Assembly (NCBI GenBank): GCA_964481185.1
Contig: CAYZSY010000003.1
Location: forward strand, 1-40,927
Source: Candidatus Woesearchaeota archaeon
Lineage (GTDB): Archaea > Nanobdellota > Nanobdellia > Pacearchaeales > GW2011-AR1
Reading direction: 5' to 3'
Length of the DNA stretch: 40,927 nt
Shown here: positions 1 through 8,875 of the stretch, in pieces
Layout: every line of letters starts with the position of its first letter
Numbering within the stretch: position 1 is the first letter of the stretch
Position numbers and translations under genes: made by a program
Notes under the pieces: generated by a model
What the model was told of the DNA's origin: nothing
Seen by the model: only the letters and a program-made list of their open reading frames with translations
The model's database searches: none

Positions 1-276
1 ATTGCAGCGGCAATAGGAGTCTTTGCAAAATCACAGATTATCAATCTGCCTCTCGGGCTTGCAAGATATCTTATCCACGGCATTCCTGAAATCGCCTCTT
101 ATTTCATAGTTGCTCTCGCCGGAGGAATTATATCATCAGCAGCAATTAAGCACCAGTTCAAAACAGAAAAATTCTGGGAGACAATAAAAGACTCTTTTGT
201 TCTTATCATAATAGCACTTGTTGTATTGTTTGCCGCAGCCCTCATGGAAGTTTACATAACTCCCTCTCTGTTCTAA
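1..276 (+). CDS. C-terminal part of a SpoIIM/DUF95-like integral membrane protein (5' end outside window)
   Basis: Frame 1 is open from the window edge to TAA at 274-276. My hand translation is ...LPLGLARYLIHGIPEIASYFIVALAGGIISSAAIKH...LIIIALVVLFAAALMEVYITPSLF. It shows two hydrophobic helices and an HGIPEI signature that I associate with stage II sporulation protein M-type (DUF95) proteins. Confidence 0.4.
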   Translation: MAAAIGVFAKSQIINLPLGLARYLIHGIPEIASYFIVALAGGIISSAAIKHQFKTEKFWETIKDSFVLIIIALVVLFAAALMEVYITPSLF

Positions 277-386
277 AAGATTTATATGTGAAATTTCGTG
301 AGAAATGAACATTAAAGATTTTAGTAGAAAATCTTTATAAACTACTTCTTATACTTCCCATTAAAGGTCGCTAAGAGAACTTCTCT

Positions 387-785
387 ATGGAGTTGTCAGC
401 AAAACCTTGGTTTTCATCTAAAATGGAAGGCAAAGATAGGATTATAGAAGAGAGAAAGGAGAAGGTTAAGAATTTCTTTAAGTCTAATCCAAATAGGATA
501 TTCTGGTTCGTGCTGATATTATTAGTTATTCTCGGAATAATTACAAGGATTCAACCATTGCTTGACCACGGAGGTCGTCCAGGTTTGTGGGACGTAACAA
601 CTAACGATTATACTTTGGGCCCAGACTTAGACCCATTCTTATTCTTAAAATATGCAAAAACAATGATCTCAGAAAGTGGTCTTCCAAGCATAGATATTAT
701 GAGAAATGTTCCGCTTGGTTTTGATACATCTACAGAATTGCAGATGGTTCCCTATATGATTGTACTTACTTACATATTCAATTAA
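387..785 (+). CDS. aglB: AglB/STT3 oligosaccharyltransferase, N-terminal fragment (TM1 plus first external loop), cut off from the rest of the gene by a frameshift
   Basis: A basic N-terminus, one TM helix (IFWFVLILLVILGIITRI), then GPDLDPFLFLKYAK, which looks like the conserved acidic first-loop motif of STT3/AglB/PglB. The ORF overlaps the next ORF by 26 nt in another frame, and the next ORF lacks exactly this N-terminal part. Confidence 0.7.
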   Translation: MELSAKPWFSSKMEGKDRIIEERKEKVKNFFKSNPNRIFWFVLILLVILGIITRIQPLLDHGGRPGLWDVTTNDYTLGPDLDPFLFLKYAKTMISESGLPSIDIMRNVPLGFDTSTELQMVPYMIVLTYIFN

Positions 786-3150
786 TTTTGCCGGCGCTTT
801 CATGCCAGTAATACTTTTTGCTCTTACAATTATCGCGTTTTTCTTTTTTGTAAGGGAGATATTCACAAGGAAAGATGATAAAGAAAGCAAGCTGAAAGCA
901 AACATCATTGCCTCAATCTCAACACTTTTTATGATTGTTATACCAGGATTTCTCTCAAGAACAGTTGCAGGAATTCCTGAAAAAGAATCTGTCGGATTTT
1001 TCTTCATGTTTTTGGCATTTTATCTTTTTGTAAAAGCCTGGAAATCGGAGAATCTAAAAAATGCGCTAATTCTTGGGGCTTTATCAGGCGTTTCAACCGC
1101 TTTTATGGGTCTAAGCTGGGGCGGAGTAGTTTATATTTATGCAAGCATTGCCCCCGCATTTCTGGCAGCTATTTTATTGGGCAAAGTAGGAAAAAAGGAA
1201 ACTCTTGTTTATGTTTCTTGGGTAATCTTCTCTTTTGTTCTGACCCTGCTTTTTACAAACAGGTTTTCTCTTAAGGGATATATAACTTCATTAGATACAG
1301 GACTTGTCATAGTCAATCTGATAATACTTGCAGTTCACTTTCTGCTCTGGAATCTAAATTTCAATGAAAAGCTAAAATTAAATAAAATTAATCTTCCAAA
1401 GCCAATAATTTCTCTTATAGCATCAATTGTTGTTATAATTGTTTTAGCATCTCTTATTTTGGGCCCTGGATTTATATTTGAAAAATTGAATGCATTAAAC
1501 CAGATATTAATAGAGCCAATTCAAGGCCGTTGGAGCACAACAGTTGCAGAGAATAGGCAGCCTTACTTCTCGGAGTGGGCCGGCTCTTTTAGCAAATTTA
1601 TCTTTTGGGGTTTCATAATTGGTTCAGCTTTGTTGTTCAGAAAAGTTCTAGCTGGAATAGATAAAAAAAGAGCATACATCCTTACCGGATTTTACATATT
1701 TTTCTTATTTGGGTTGATATTTTCCAGATATGCGCCGCATCCTGCGCTCCTTGACGGAGAAGGATTTCTAAGCAAATTGTTGTATTATGGCTCATTTCTT
1801 GCTCTTATAAGCGCATTTGGATACTATTATATAAAAGATTACAAAGAAGGCAAGAGCTCATTCCAGACTATAAATTTCGAATATGTATTTCTTTTTGCAC
1901 TGTTCGTGCTTACATTATTTACCGCAAGAAGCGCAGTAAGATTAATTATGGTCCTTGTACCAATTGCTCCGATATTTTTAGTTTATCTTCTTGTAGAAAT
2001 AGGGGATTTGTCAAGAAAAGCAACAGATCAGACAATAAAAATAACATTTTTTATTCTGGCAATAGGCTTGCTTGTTTTCAGCACTTATCAGGCTTATGGA
2101 TTTTACAAAGAAACAAAATCAATGTCTTATAATTATGTTCCAAACTATTACACAGTTCAATGGCAGAAAGCTATGGAATGGGTGAGAGAGAATACTCCAC
2201 AAGATGCTGTTTTTGCCCACTGGTGGGACTATGGTTATTGGCTTCAGTCAATAGGTGAGAGAGCTACAGTTACAGATGGAGGAAACATAATTGTCTGGTG
2301 GAATTATTTAACAGGAAGATTTGTCTTAACAGGAGATAATCAGAAAGATGCACTTGAATTCTTATACAACCACAATGCTTCTTATCTATTAATTGATTCA
2401 ACAGATATAGGAAAATACGGGGCATATTCCCAGATAGGAAGCGATGAGAAATTTGACAGGTTATCACAAGGTCCGTTTGCTCTCATCTCAGATGGAAGAG
2501 AAATCCAGGAGACAAAAAACGAGACTATAAGAGTTTACAACAGGCCTTCAGGAAATGGACAGGTAGCCATATTTCCATTAGAAGAAGATGTAATATACAA
2601 AAACAACGGCTCAAATATATATCTACTAAAAGAGAACACTCAATTATTTGGAATTAAGGTTAGCTATTCTCAAAGCGACAACTCCACACTGTTTAATCAG
2701 CCTGAAGCAATCTTTGTTTCTAAACAACAATATACGACAGTCCCAATAAAGTATCTTAAATATAAGGATAAATTTTATGATTATGGCTCTGGAATTGATG
2801 CAGCAGTTAATATAATTCAGAGAGTCTCGCAGAACGAGAGAGGAGTTCAGATTGATAATATTGGTGCGCTAATTTATCTTTCTCCAAGAGTCTTCAGGGG
2901 AATGATGGGCCAGGTTTATATCTTAGATGACCCTCTCAAGAGATTCTCAAACTTTGCACTTGTTCACTCAGAGCCAAATCTAATTGTAGACTCTTTAAAC
3001 CAGCAGGGAGCAAATCTTGAAGATTTTGTTTTCTTAAATGACATCCAAGGACCAATTAAAATATGGAAAGTAAATTACAAAGGTGATGAAAAGATAAATC
3101 CAGAATACACACAAATGGGAGTTCCGTCTTATATAACCTGGAAGTTCTAA
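760..3150 (+). CDS. aglB: AglB/STT3 archaeal oligosaccharyltransferase, main body (TM domain plus C-terminal catalytic/periplasmic domain)
   Basis: HWWDYGYWLQ (the WWDYG signature of STT3/AglB/PglB), a downstream DK-type motif LIDSTDIGKYGAY, about 12 hydrophobic helices and a large soluble C-terminal domain. The listed start is a TTG immediately after an in-frame TGA (757-759), so the real N-terminus is the 387-785 ORF. Confidence 0.9.
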   Translation: MYLLTYSINFAGAFMPVILFALTIIAFFFFVREIFTRKDDKESKLKANIIASISTLFMIVIPGFLSRTVAGIPEKESVGFFFMFLAFYLFVKAWKSENLKNALILGALSGVSTAFMGLSWGGVVYIYASIAPAFLAAILLGKVGKKETLVYVSWVIFSFVLTLLFTNRFSLKGYITSLDTGLVIVNLIILAVHFLLWNLNFNEKLKLNKINLPKPIISLIASIVVIIVLASLILGPGFIFEKLNALNQILIEPIQGRWSTTVAENRQPYFSEWAGSFSKFIFWGFIIGSALLFRKVLAGIDKKRAYILTGFYIFFLFGLIFSRYAPHPALLDGEGFLSKLLYYGSFLALISAFGYYYIKDYKEGKSSFQTINFEYVFLFALFVLTLFTARSAVRLIMVLVPIAPIFLVYLLVEIGDLSRKATDQTIKITFFILAIGLLVFSTYQAYGFYKETKSMSYNYVPNYYTVQWQKAMEWVRENTPQDAVFAHWWDYGYWLQSIGERATVTDGGNIIVWWNYLTGRFVLTGDNQKDALEFLYNHNASYLLIDSTDIGKYGAYSQIGSDEKFDRLSQGPFALISDGREIQETKNETIRVYNRPSGNGQVAIFPLEEDVIYKNNGSNIYLLKENTQLFGIKVSYSQSDNSTLFNQPEAIFVSKQQYTTVPIKYLKYKDKFYDYGSGIDAAVNIIQRVSQNERGVQIDNIGALIYLSPRVFRGMMGQVYILDDPLKRFSNFALVHSEPNLIVDSLNQQGANLEDFVFLNDIQGPIKIWKVNYKGDEKINPEYTQMGVPSYITWKF
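763..773 (+). repeat. Tetranucleotide tandem repeat TACT-TACT-TAC at the aglB frame junction
   Basis: Read directly: gtaCTTACTTACat. It lies inside the only interval (760-785) where both aglB reading frames are open. Removing one 4-nt unit fuses the 387 frame to the 760 frame. Confidence 0.9.
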
Positions 3151-3151
3151 A

Positions 3152-4162
3152 ATGAAAGACCCATTACTAATAATTCCAATAATCTCAAGCTTTCTGATAG
3201 TTCTGTTCCTAATGCCAATCTGGCTTAAGAAGGCAAAGCAAATTGGTTTGCTCTGGAAAGATATGAACAAACTTAAACAGAATGAAGTAGCCGGCTCCGG
3301 AGGGGTTATGGTGCTACTTGGTTTTGTAATTGCGGTTTTTATTTTTGTTGCATATAGAACTTTTTATTTTAATGACTCTTTACATTTAATAGAAATTATC
3401 TCTCTCATAACAGTTATTTTGCTGGCAGCAGGAGTTGGCTTAATTGATGACTTGCTTGGTTGGCAGCATGGAGGATTGTCAAAAAGGTCAAGATTGATAA
3501 TGATAATTATTTCTTCAATTCCTCTGGTTGCAACAAATGCAGGAAGGCATCTTATGTCAATACCTTTCATTGGAGAGATAAATTTCGGATTATTATACCC
3601 TCTAATTTTAATTCCTCTCGGCATCGTCGGCGCTACAACAACCTTTAATTTTCTTGCAGGATTTAATGGGTTAGAAGCAGGACAGGGAATTATCTTGCTT
3701 TCGGCACTATCTTTAGTCTCGTACTTAACAGGAAACTCCTGGCTTGCATTAATTAATTTATTTATGGTTTTTGCTTTGCTGGCGTTTTTATTTTATAATT
3801 TTGCTCCAGCAAAAGTATTTCCAGGAAATGTCTTGACATACGCAGTAGGGAGTCTTATAGCTATAACTGCAATTCTCGGAAATTTTGAGAAAATAGCTGT
3901 TTTCTTTTTTATTCCTTACATTTTAGAGACAATACTTAAGTTAAGGGGCGGATTGGGCAAACATTCATTCGGTAAGCCACAGAAGGATGGCTCTCTTGAG
4001 CCATCGTACGATAGAATTTATAGTCTAACACATCTTGCAATATGGAAATTAAAAAAACTAGGCATTAAACCAACAGAGAAGATGGTTGTTTATTCAATCT
4101 GGCTCTTTCAAATAATTGTAATTATAATAGGATTTATAATATTTGGTAAAGGCATCTTTTAG
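3152..4162 (+). CDS. aglH: Dolichyl/polyprenyl-phosphate HexNAc-1-phosphate transferase (GPT/WecA/MraY family, AglH-like)
   Basis: GLIDDLLGW, FNFLAGFNGLEAGQG and NFAPAKVFPGNVLTYAVG are typical Glycos_transf_4 motifs. The protein is polytopic and starts 2 nt after the aglB stop. Confidence 0.85.
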   Translation: MKDPLLIIPIISSFLIVLFLMPIWLKKAKQIGLLWKDMNKLKQNEVAGSGGVMVLLGFVIAVFIFVAYRTFYFNDSLHLIEIISLITVILLAAGVGLIDDLLGWQHGGLSKRSRLIMIIISSIPLVATNAGRHLMSIPFIGEINFGLLYPLILIPLGIVGATTTFNFLAGFNGLEAGQGIILLSALSLVSYLTGNSWLALINLFMVFALLAFLFYNFAPAKVFPGNVLTYAVGSLIAITAILGNFEKIAVFFFIPYILETILKLRGGLGKHSFGKPQKDGSLEPSYDRIYSLTHLAIWKLKKLGIKPTEKMVVYSIWLFQIIVIIIGFIIFGKGIF

Positions 4163-4168
4163 ATTGAC

Positions 4169-5446
4169 ATGATAAAATATATTAAAAATTTAAGACAAAA
4201 TGAATTAGCAAGAGGTAGTTTGATTTTAATTATTTTTATAGCTATAGGAAATTTGTTAAGCTATATATTTCAATTTTCTATGGCAAGAGTTCTAGGTCCT
4301 GTAGATTACGGAATTTTGGCAGTTTTAACAAGTATTATAGCAATATTTGGCATAGCTTCTGTCTCTATTCAAACAGTGATATCTCAAAATACTACCAACT
4401 TTAATTCTAAAAAAGAATATGGGAAGATAAAAGGAATGCTAAAGTCTGCTTCAAAAAGCGTCTTTCTGGTTGCAACACTATCTTTCTTATTGTATTTAAT
4501 AGTTTCAATTTTTATATATAGACCTTTAGGCATACCTTATTCTCTTTTGGCTCTAACAGGTGCTTTCATATTTGGAGCGTTTTTGTATCCTATAACTGCA
4601 GGAATTCTGCAAGGTATGAAGAAATTTTCTTCTCTGGGCTTTAATTTTGTAATAAATTGCCTGATAAAGCTTGTTGTAGGGGTTTTGCTAGTAGCTTTTG
4701 GTTTTAAAGTCTATGGAGCAGTTATTGGCTTCATATCTGGCACAATCATTGCTTTTCTTCTAGTATTTTTTACACTAAAAGAGATTAAGAATGTAAAAGA
4801 AATTGATGGCAAAGTCAGCATATTTTCAAGATATAATTTCTATCCTCTTGTTGCTATGCTTTTGGTTGTTCTGCTCTATAGCCTTGATGTTGTTTTTGCT
4901 AAAATCTTTTTCAGCCCAGAGATAGCAGGCAAATACGCAGTTATTTCAATGATAGGAAAGATTATTCTCTTCATAGTTATGTCTGTAGGAAATGTAATGC
5001 TTCCAATAAGCACAGAAAAATTTGCGAATGGAGAGAAAACGCGCAGCACTCTTAAAAAAGCATTATTATTGTCTCTCTTAATTTGTTTATTCTTTTTAGC
5101 TTTATTCTTTATCTTTCCAGAATTAATTATACAAATTCTCTTTGGCTTTCAATACTCTTCAATGTATAACATTCTCTTTTATGTGGGGGTTGCTTTTAGT
5201 TTTATTTCTCTCCTCTCTCTGCTTGTTTTATATGAGATATCGCTTAATAGATTCAGATTTTTCCATCTGCTCTCTCTTATTTTCTTCCTTGCTCTGCAGA
5301 TAACACTATTTTATTATTCAAATTTAACAATAGACAGCTTTAGCTTTTATTTTATGCTCTCTTCAATTATCGCCTTTATAGGAATTCTGGCAGTTTTTAT
5401 GCTTTTAAAGTTAAAGAATGGACAAATAATTAACAATAATGTTTAA
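4169..5446 (+). CDS. Wzx/MOP-type polysaccharide or lipid-linked-sugar flippase (AglR-like)
   Basis: 425 aa, almost entirely hydrophobic helices (about 12) with no soluble domain. It sits between the priming transferase and a Dol-P-sugar-synthase-like GT2. Confidence 0.65.
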   Translation: MIKYIKNLRQNELARGSLILIIFIAIGNLLSYIFQFSMARVLGPVDYGILAVLTSIIAIFGIASVSIQTVISQNTTNFNSKKEYGKIKGMLKSASKSVFLVATLSFLLYLIVSIFIYRPLGIPYSLLALTGAFIFGAFLYPITAGILQGMKKFSSLGFNFVINCLIKLVVGVLLVAFGFKVYGAVIGFISGTIIAFLLVFFTLKEIKNVKEIDGKVSIFSRYNFYPLVAMLLVVLLYSLDVVFAKIFFSPEIAGKYAVISMIGKIILFIVMSVGNVMLPISTEKFANGEKTRSTLKKALLLSLLICLFFLALFFIFPELIIQILFGFQYSSMYNILFYVGVAFSFISLLSLLVLYEISLNRFRFFHLLSLIFFLALQITLFYYSNLTIDSFSFYFMLSSIIAFIGILAVFMLLKLKNGQIINNNV

Positions 5447-5470
5447 ATTACCTATTTTTCTCGTAGCCAG

Positions 5471-6187
5471 ATGGAAAAACCAAAATTATCAATTATAATG
5501 CCGGTGTACAATGCGAGAGATATAAAATCTAATGTAAATGAAGCAATAAACGAGCTTAATAAATTAGGGGTTTCTTATGAGATTATTTTATCTAATGATG
5601 GAAGCACCAACTCCTGTTTTGAGGAGGCAAAGAAAATTAAGGACCCACATTTAAAAGTTGTAGGATATGAGAAGAATCAGGGCAAAGGTAATGCAATAAA
5701 ATATGGCTTTAGGTTTACAAAAGGAGAATACGTCGCTTTTGTTGATAGCGGAAGAGATATCAATCCAAAACAGATAGGGGATTTCATTAAAACTCTGGAA
5801 GAAAAGAAGGCAGATATAGTTATCGGGAGCAAGAGGCATAAGGAAAGTAAGGTGCGCTATCCGCTAGCCAGAAGAATTATGAGCAGGGCATATCAATTTC
5901 TTAATTATCTCTTGTTTAATTTGAGCCTTACAGATACTCAAGTAGGGATTAAACTATTCAAACACCCTGTATTGAAAGAGATAATGCCAAAAATTGCAAT
6001 AAAAAGGTTTGCTTTTGATTTGGAGTTGCTTGTTCTGGCAAGAAAATATAAATTTAAGATTGTAGAAGCCCCTGTAACAATAAGATACCAGTTCGGAAGC
6101 ACCATTAATCTTAAATCGGTGTTCTGGATGCTTTGGGATACAGCAGCAATATTTTATAGAGACAAGATATTGCATTATTACAACTAA
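5471..6187 (+). CDS. GT2 glycosyltransferase, dolichyl-phosphate sugar synthase-like (DPM1/ALG5/AglD-type)
   Basis: LSIIMPVYNA...IILSNDGSTN...AFVDSGRD (DxD-like) on a short soluble 238-aa GT-A fold. This is typical of polyprenyl-phosphate mannosyl/glucosyl transferases. Confidence 0.7.
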   Translation: MEKPKLSIIMPVYNARDIKSNVNEAINELNKLGVSYEIILSNDGSTNSCFEEAKKIKDPHLKVVGYEKNQGKGNAIKYGFRFTKGEYVAFVDSGRDINPKQIGDFIKTLEEKKADIVIGSKRHKESKVRYPLARRIMSRAYQFLNYLLFNLSLTDTQVGIKLFKHPVLKEIMPKIAIKRFAFDLELLVLARKYKFKIVEAPVTIRYQFGSTINLKSVFWMLWDTAAIFYRDKILHYYN

Positions 6188-6191
6188 AAGA

Positions 6192-6199
6192 TTTTTAAA
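6192..6199 (+). promoter_or_regulatory. Candidate internal TATA box (TTTTTAAA) for the rfbF-led genes
   Basis: An A/T box starts 29 nt upstream of ATG 6221, the same spacing seen at other promoters in this window. Confidence 0.35.
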
Positions 6200-6220
6200 T
6201 GTGCATTTCCAGCAAGATGT

Positions 6221-6907
6221 ATGAAATGTGTAATACTATGCGGGGGGCAAGGCACGAGAATGGGAGACCTGACTCAAGAGATGCCCAAACCTCTTCTTAA
6301 GATAGGGAATAAACCTATGTTATGCCATCTCATGGACTATTATGCAAAATATGGCGTCACAGAATTTATTGTTTGTTTGGGTTATCTGGGAGACAAAATA
6401 AAGGGATATTTTGCTGAAAATCCATCAAAATATAGCATAACATTTGTTGATACTGGAGAGAATACAACAAAGGCAGAAAGATTATTGAAGATTAAAGATT
6501 TGCTAGATGAGGATTTTTGTGTTGCATACGGAGACGATCTTTCAGATGTAAACATCAAGGAATTAGTTGAATTTTACAATTCTAAGAATAAAATTGCCAT
6601 GCTGACTGCAATAAGGCCGCAAAATCCCTTCGGCATTCTCGAGCTAGATGAAGAGACATCTGAAATAAAGGATTTTAAGGAAAAACCACTGATGAACGAA
6701 TGGATAAATGGGGGTTACTTCATATTTAATAAAAAAATTTTTAATTATTTTGGAGAAGGAGATGAGCTTGAGAAAGAGATATTTGAAAAGCTAGTCAAGG
6801 ACAAACAGATAGTGGCGTACAAGCATAGAGGATTCTGGAAATCAATGAATAACCTAAAGGATTATAAAGACCTAAATTTAATGTTTGAAAGTGGGAAACT
6901 AAAATGA
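6221..6907 (+). CDS. rfbF: Glucose-1-phosphate cytidylyltransferase-like sugar nucleotidyltransferase
   Basis: MKCVILCGGQGTRMGDLTQEMPKPLLKIGNKPMLCHLMDYYAKYGVTEFIVCLGYLGDKIKGYF matches my recollection of the RfbF/DdhA N-terminus (ILAGGxGTR...KPKPMVEIGGKPILWHIM...F(I/V)ICxGYKG). At 228 aa it is somewhat shorter than typical. Confidence 0.8.
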   Translation: MKCVILCGGQGTRMGDLTQEMPKPLLKIGNKPMLCHLMDYYAKYGVTEFIVCLGYLGDKIKGYFAENPSKYSITFVDTGENTTKAERLLKIKDLLDEDFCVAYGDDLSDVNIKELVEFYNSKNKIAMLTAIRPQNPFGILELDEETSEIKDFKEKPLMNEWINGGYFIFNKKIFNYFGEGDELEKEIFEKLVKDKQIVAYKHRGFWKSMNNLKDYKDLNLMFESGKLK

Positions 6908-7878
6908 TAAACTTCTGGAAAGATAAGAATGTTTTTATCACGGGTGGGGCGGGATTTATAGGCACTTGGATTATAAAAGAATTGGTTGATAAGGGCGCAG
7001 AAGTTTATTGTCTTGTGAAAGAGATGCCCAAAGAAAGCAACTTTACAGGACTTGGTCTTGACAAGAAAGTTAGTCTGATTTATGGGGATATTTTAGATAT
7101 AAACTCTCTTAAACTATTCTTTGAAAAATATAATATAGATAGCGTTTTTCACCTTGCCGCCCAGCCACTTGTCCAGCTTGCACTTAAATCTCCTCTAGAG
7201 ACTATAGAAACAAATGTAATGGGCACATTAAATGTACTAGAAGCTTGTAGGTTAAATCCAAGAATAAAGAGGATATTAATTGCTTCTACAGATAAAGCTT
7301 ATGGTTCAAGTGAGAAGTTGCCGTACGATGAAACTTTTCCTTTAAGGGGAGAATATCCTTATGATGTCTCAAAATCATGTGTTGATTTAATCTCTCACGC
7401 ATATGGAAAAACATATAATATGCCCGTTGCAATAACAAGATGCTCAAACGTTTATGGTGGAGGAGACCTAAATTTTGATAGAATCGTTCCTGAAACAATA
7501 AAACACATATTATTTAACGAAAATATTTCAATAAGAAGCAGCGGCAAGTTTAAGCGAGAATTCTTTTATGTTAAAGATGCCGCGCATGCATACGTTGTTT
7601 TGGCTGAAAAAATAGAAGAGCTTGGTTTAAAAGGTGAAGCATTTAATTTTGGCACTGACAAACCAGTTGTAATATTGGATCTTGTTAAAAATATCATAGA
7701 TATATCCGAGAGAAAGGACGTAAAGATAGACATCTTAGATATTGCAAAAGCAGAGATAAAGGACCAATATCTCTCTTCAGAAAAAGCAAGAAAGATTTTG
7801 AAATGGGAGCCAAAATATAATCTTGAAGAGGGATTGAAAGAGACATTTAATTGGTATAAAGAATATTTTAAAAAATAG
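6904..7878 (+). CDS. rfbG: Extended SDR NDP-hexose 4,6-dehydratase, probably CDP-glucose 4,6-dehydratase
   Basis: FWKDKNVFITGGAGFIGTW resembles the RfbG start (FWxGKxVFVTGHTGFKG). It also has STDKAYG and YDVSK (YxxxK), and an ATGA start/stop overlap with rfbF. Confidence 0.6.
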   Translation: MINFWKDKNVFITGGAGFIGTWIIKELVDKGAEVYCLVKEMPKESNFTGLGLDKKVSLIYGDILDINSLKLFFEKYNIDSVFHLAAQPLVQLALKSPLETIETNVMGTLNVLEACRLNPRIKRILIASTDKAYGSSEKLPYDETFPLRGEYPYDVSKSCVDLISHAYGKTYNMPVAITRCSNVYGGGDLNFDRIVPETIKHILFNENISIRSSGKFKREFFYVKDAAHAYVVLAEKIEELGLKGEAFNFGTDKPVVILDLVKNIIDISERKDVKIDILDIAKAEIKDQYLSSEKARKILKWEPKYNLEEGLKETFNWYKEYFKK

Positions 7879-7879
7879 T

Positions 7880-8869
7880 ATGAAATTCTCAATAATCATC
7901 CCGCTAAGGAAAGTTAATGATTATATCAGAGAGGCAATGCCCCATTATAAAAATCAGACATTTAAGGATTTTGAGATAATTGTTGTTTCTGAGGCAGATG
8001 AAACTGAAAAATTCTTAAATACAAAAATAATTAAGGTTGGGCAAGTGCCCCCATCTGAAAAAAGGAATATTGGAGTCAAAAATGCAAAAGGAGAGATACT
8101 TGCCTTCATTGATGATGACGCCTATCCTGACAAAGACTGGTTGAAAAACGCAGCAGAAATATTCAAAGACAAAGAAATATCTGCTTTTGGGGGACCAAGT
8201 TTAATTCCGCACAATGCTACTTTCTTTCAGAAAGTTTCAAATAAAGTTTATGAGTTAAGTTCAAGAAAAACGGGAATCAGATATGGCGAGCATAAGGGAA
8301 GAAGAGAGATAGACGATTGGCCGACGTGCAACTTTTTTGTTAGAAAAAGCGACTTTAAAAAAACAAAGGGTTTTGATTCAAAATATTGGGGAGGCGAAGA
8401 CACCCAATTATGCTATTCTCTTGTAAAGCTGGGAAAGAAGATAATGTACGATCCAGAGGTTATAATCTATCATCATCCAAGAAAAACTTTGAAACAGCAT
8501 TTAAAGCAAACATATTTCTGGGGAGTATGGAGGGGGTTTTTTATGAGAATTCACAGGCAGTCAAGACAGCTAACTTTCTTTATACCGCCAATGTTTGTTT
8601 TATGGCTTGTGTTTGGAGTTTTAGTCTCTCTGTTCAGCAGTTATTTTAGATATGTCTATCTTGCTTCTTTGGGCATTTATCTGCTTTATTTATTCATTCT
8701 TGGATTTAAATCAAAAAGTATTATGTTATCCTTGCCAGTTGTGCTTGTAACTTTCCTCACGCATCTGGCTTACGGTATTGGCTTTTTTAGAGGGGTGCTT
8801 TCCAAAAAATCTGGTCCCATGCAAAAAACTCTGAATCCGTCTGAAGGTTTAAAAATAAAGAAAACATAA
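7880..8869 (+). CDS. GT2 glycosyltransferase with C-terminal membrane anchor helices
   Basis: FSIIIPLRKVN..., AFIDDDAYPD (DxD), and C-terminal hydrophobic segments (FFIPPMFVLWLVFGVLVSLF...). Confidence 0.75.
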   Translation: MKFSIIIPLRKVNDYIREAMPHYKNQTFKDFEIIVVSEADETEKFLNTKIIKVGQVPPSEKRNIGVKNAKGEILAFIDDDAYPDKDWLKNAAEIFKDKEISAFGGPSLIPHNATFFQKVSNKVYELSSRKTGIRYGEHKGRREIDDWPTCNFFVRKSDFKKTKGFDSKYWGGEDTQLCYSLVKLGKKIMYDPEVIIYHHPRKTLKQHLKQTYFWGVWRGFFMRIHRQSRQLTFFIPPMFVLWLVFGVLVSLFSSYFRYVYLASLGIYLLYLFILGFKSKSIMLSLPVVLVTFLTHLAYGIGFFRGVLSKKSGPMQKTLNPSEGLKIKKT

Positions 8870-8875
8870 AGAAGC

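Noticed and set aside
763-773. The TACT repeat as a programmed phase-variation (contingency) switch, like the tetranucleotide tracts in Haemophilus or Neisseria surface-glycan genes. I also looked at the G6 run at 6242-6247 in rfbF and at several A8/T8 runs.
   Set aside because: Only about 2.75 repeat units are present, far below the tract lengths that slip at useful rates. The G6 run simply encodes Gly-Gly in the GGxGTR motif. A/T runs are expected in AT-rich DNA. A one-off duplication or an assembly error is more likely.
669-1007. Antisense and alternative-frame ORFs in the six-frame track. These include 669-1007(-), 2270-2467(-), 3034-3270(-), 3364-3624(-), 8386-8649(+), 9875-10150(+), 16589-17023(-), 25224-25661(+) and 26910-27314(+), along with similar ones.
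   Set aside because: Each lies wholly or largely inside a longer ORF with clear family motifs on the other strand or frame. Their translations are low-complexity (Ile/Leu/Phe/Ser/Lys-rich, as expected from AT-rich antisense) and none has a TATA box at the usual distance. They are most likely spurious.
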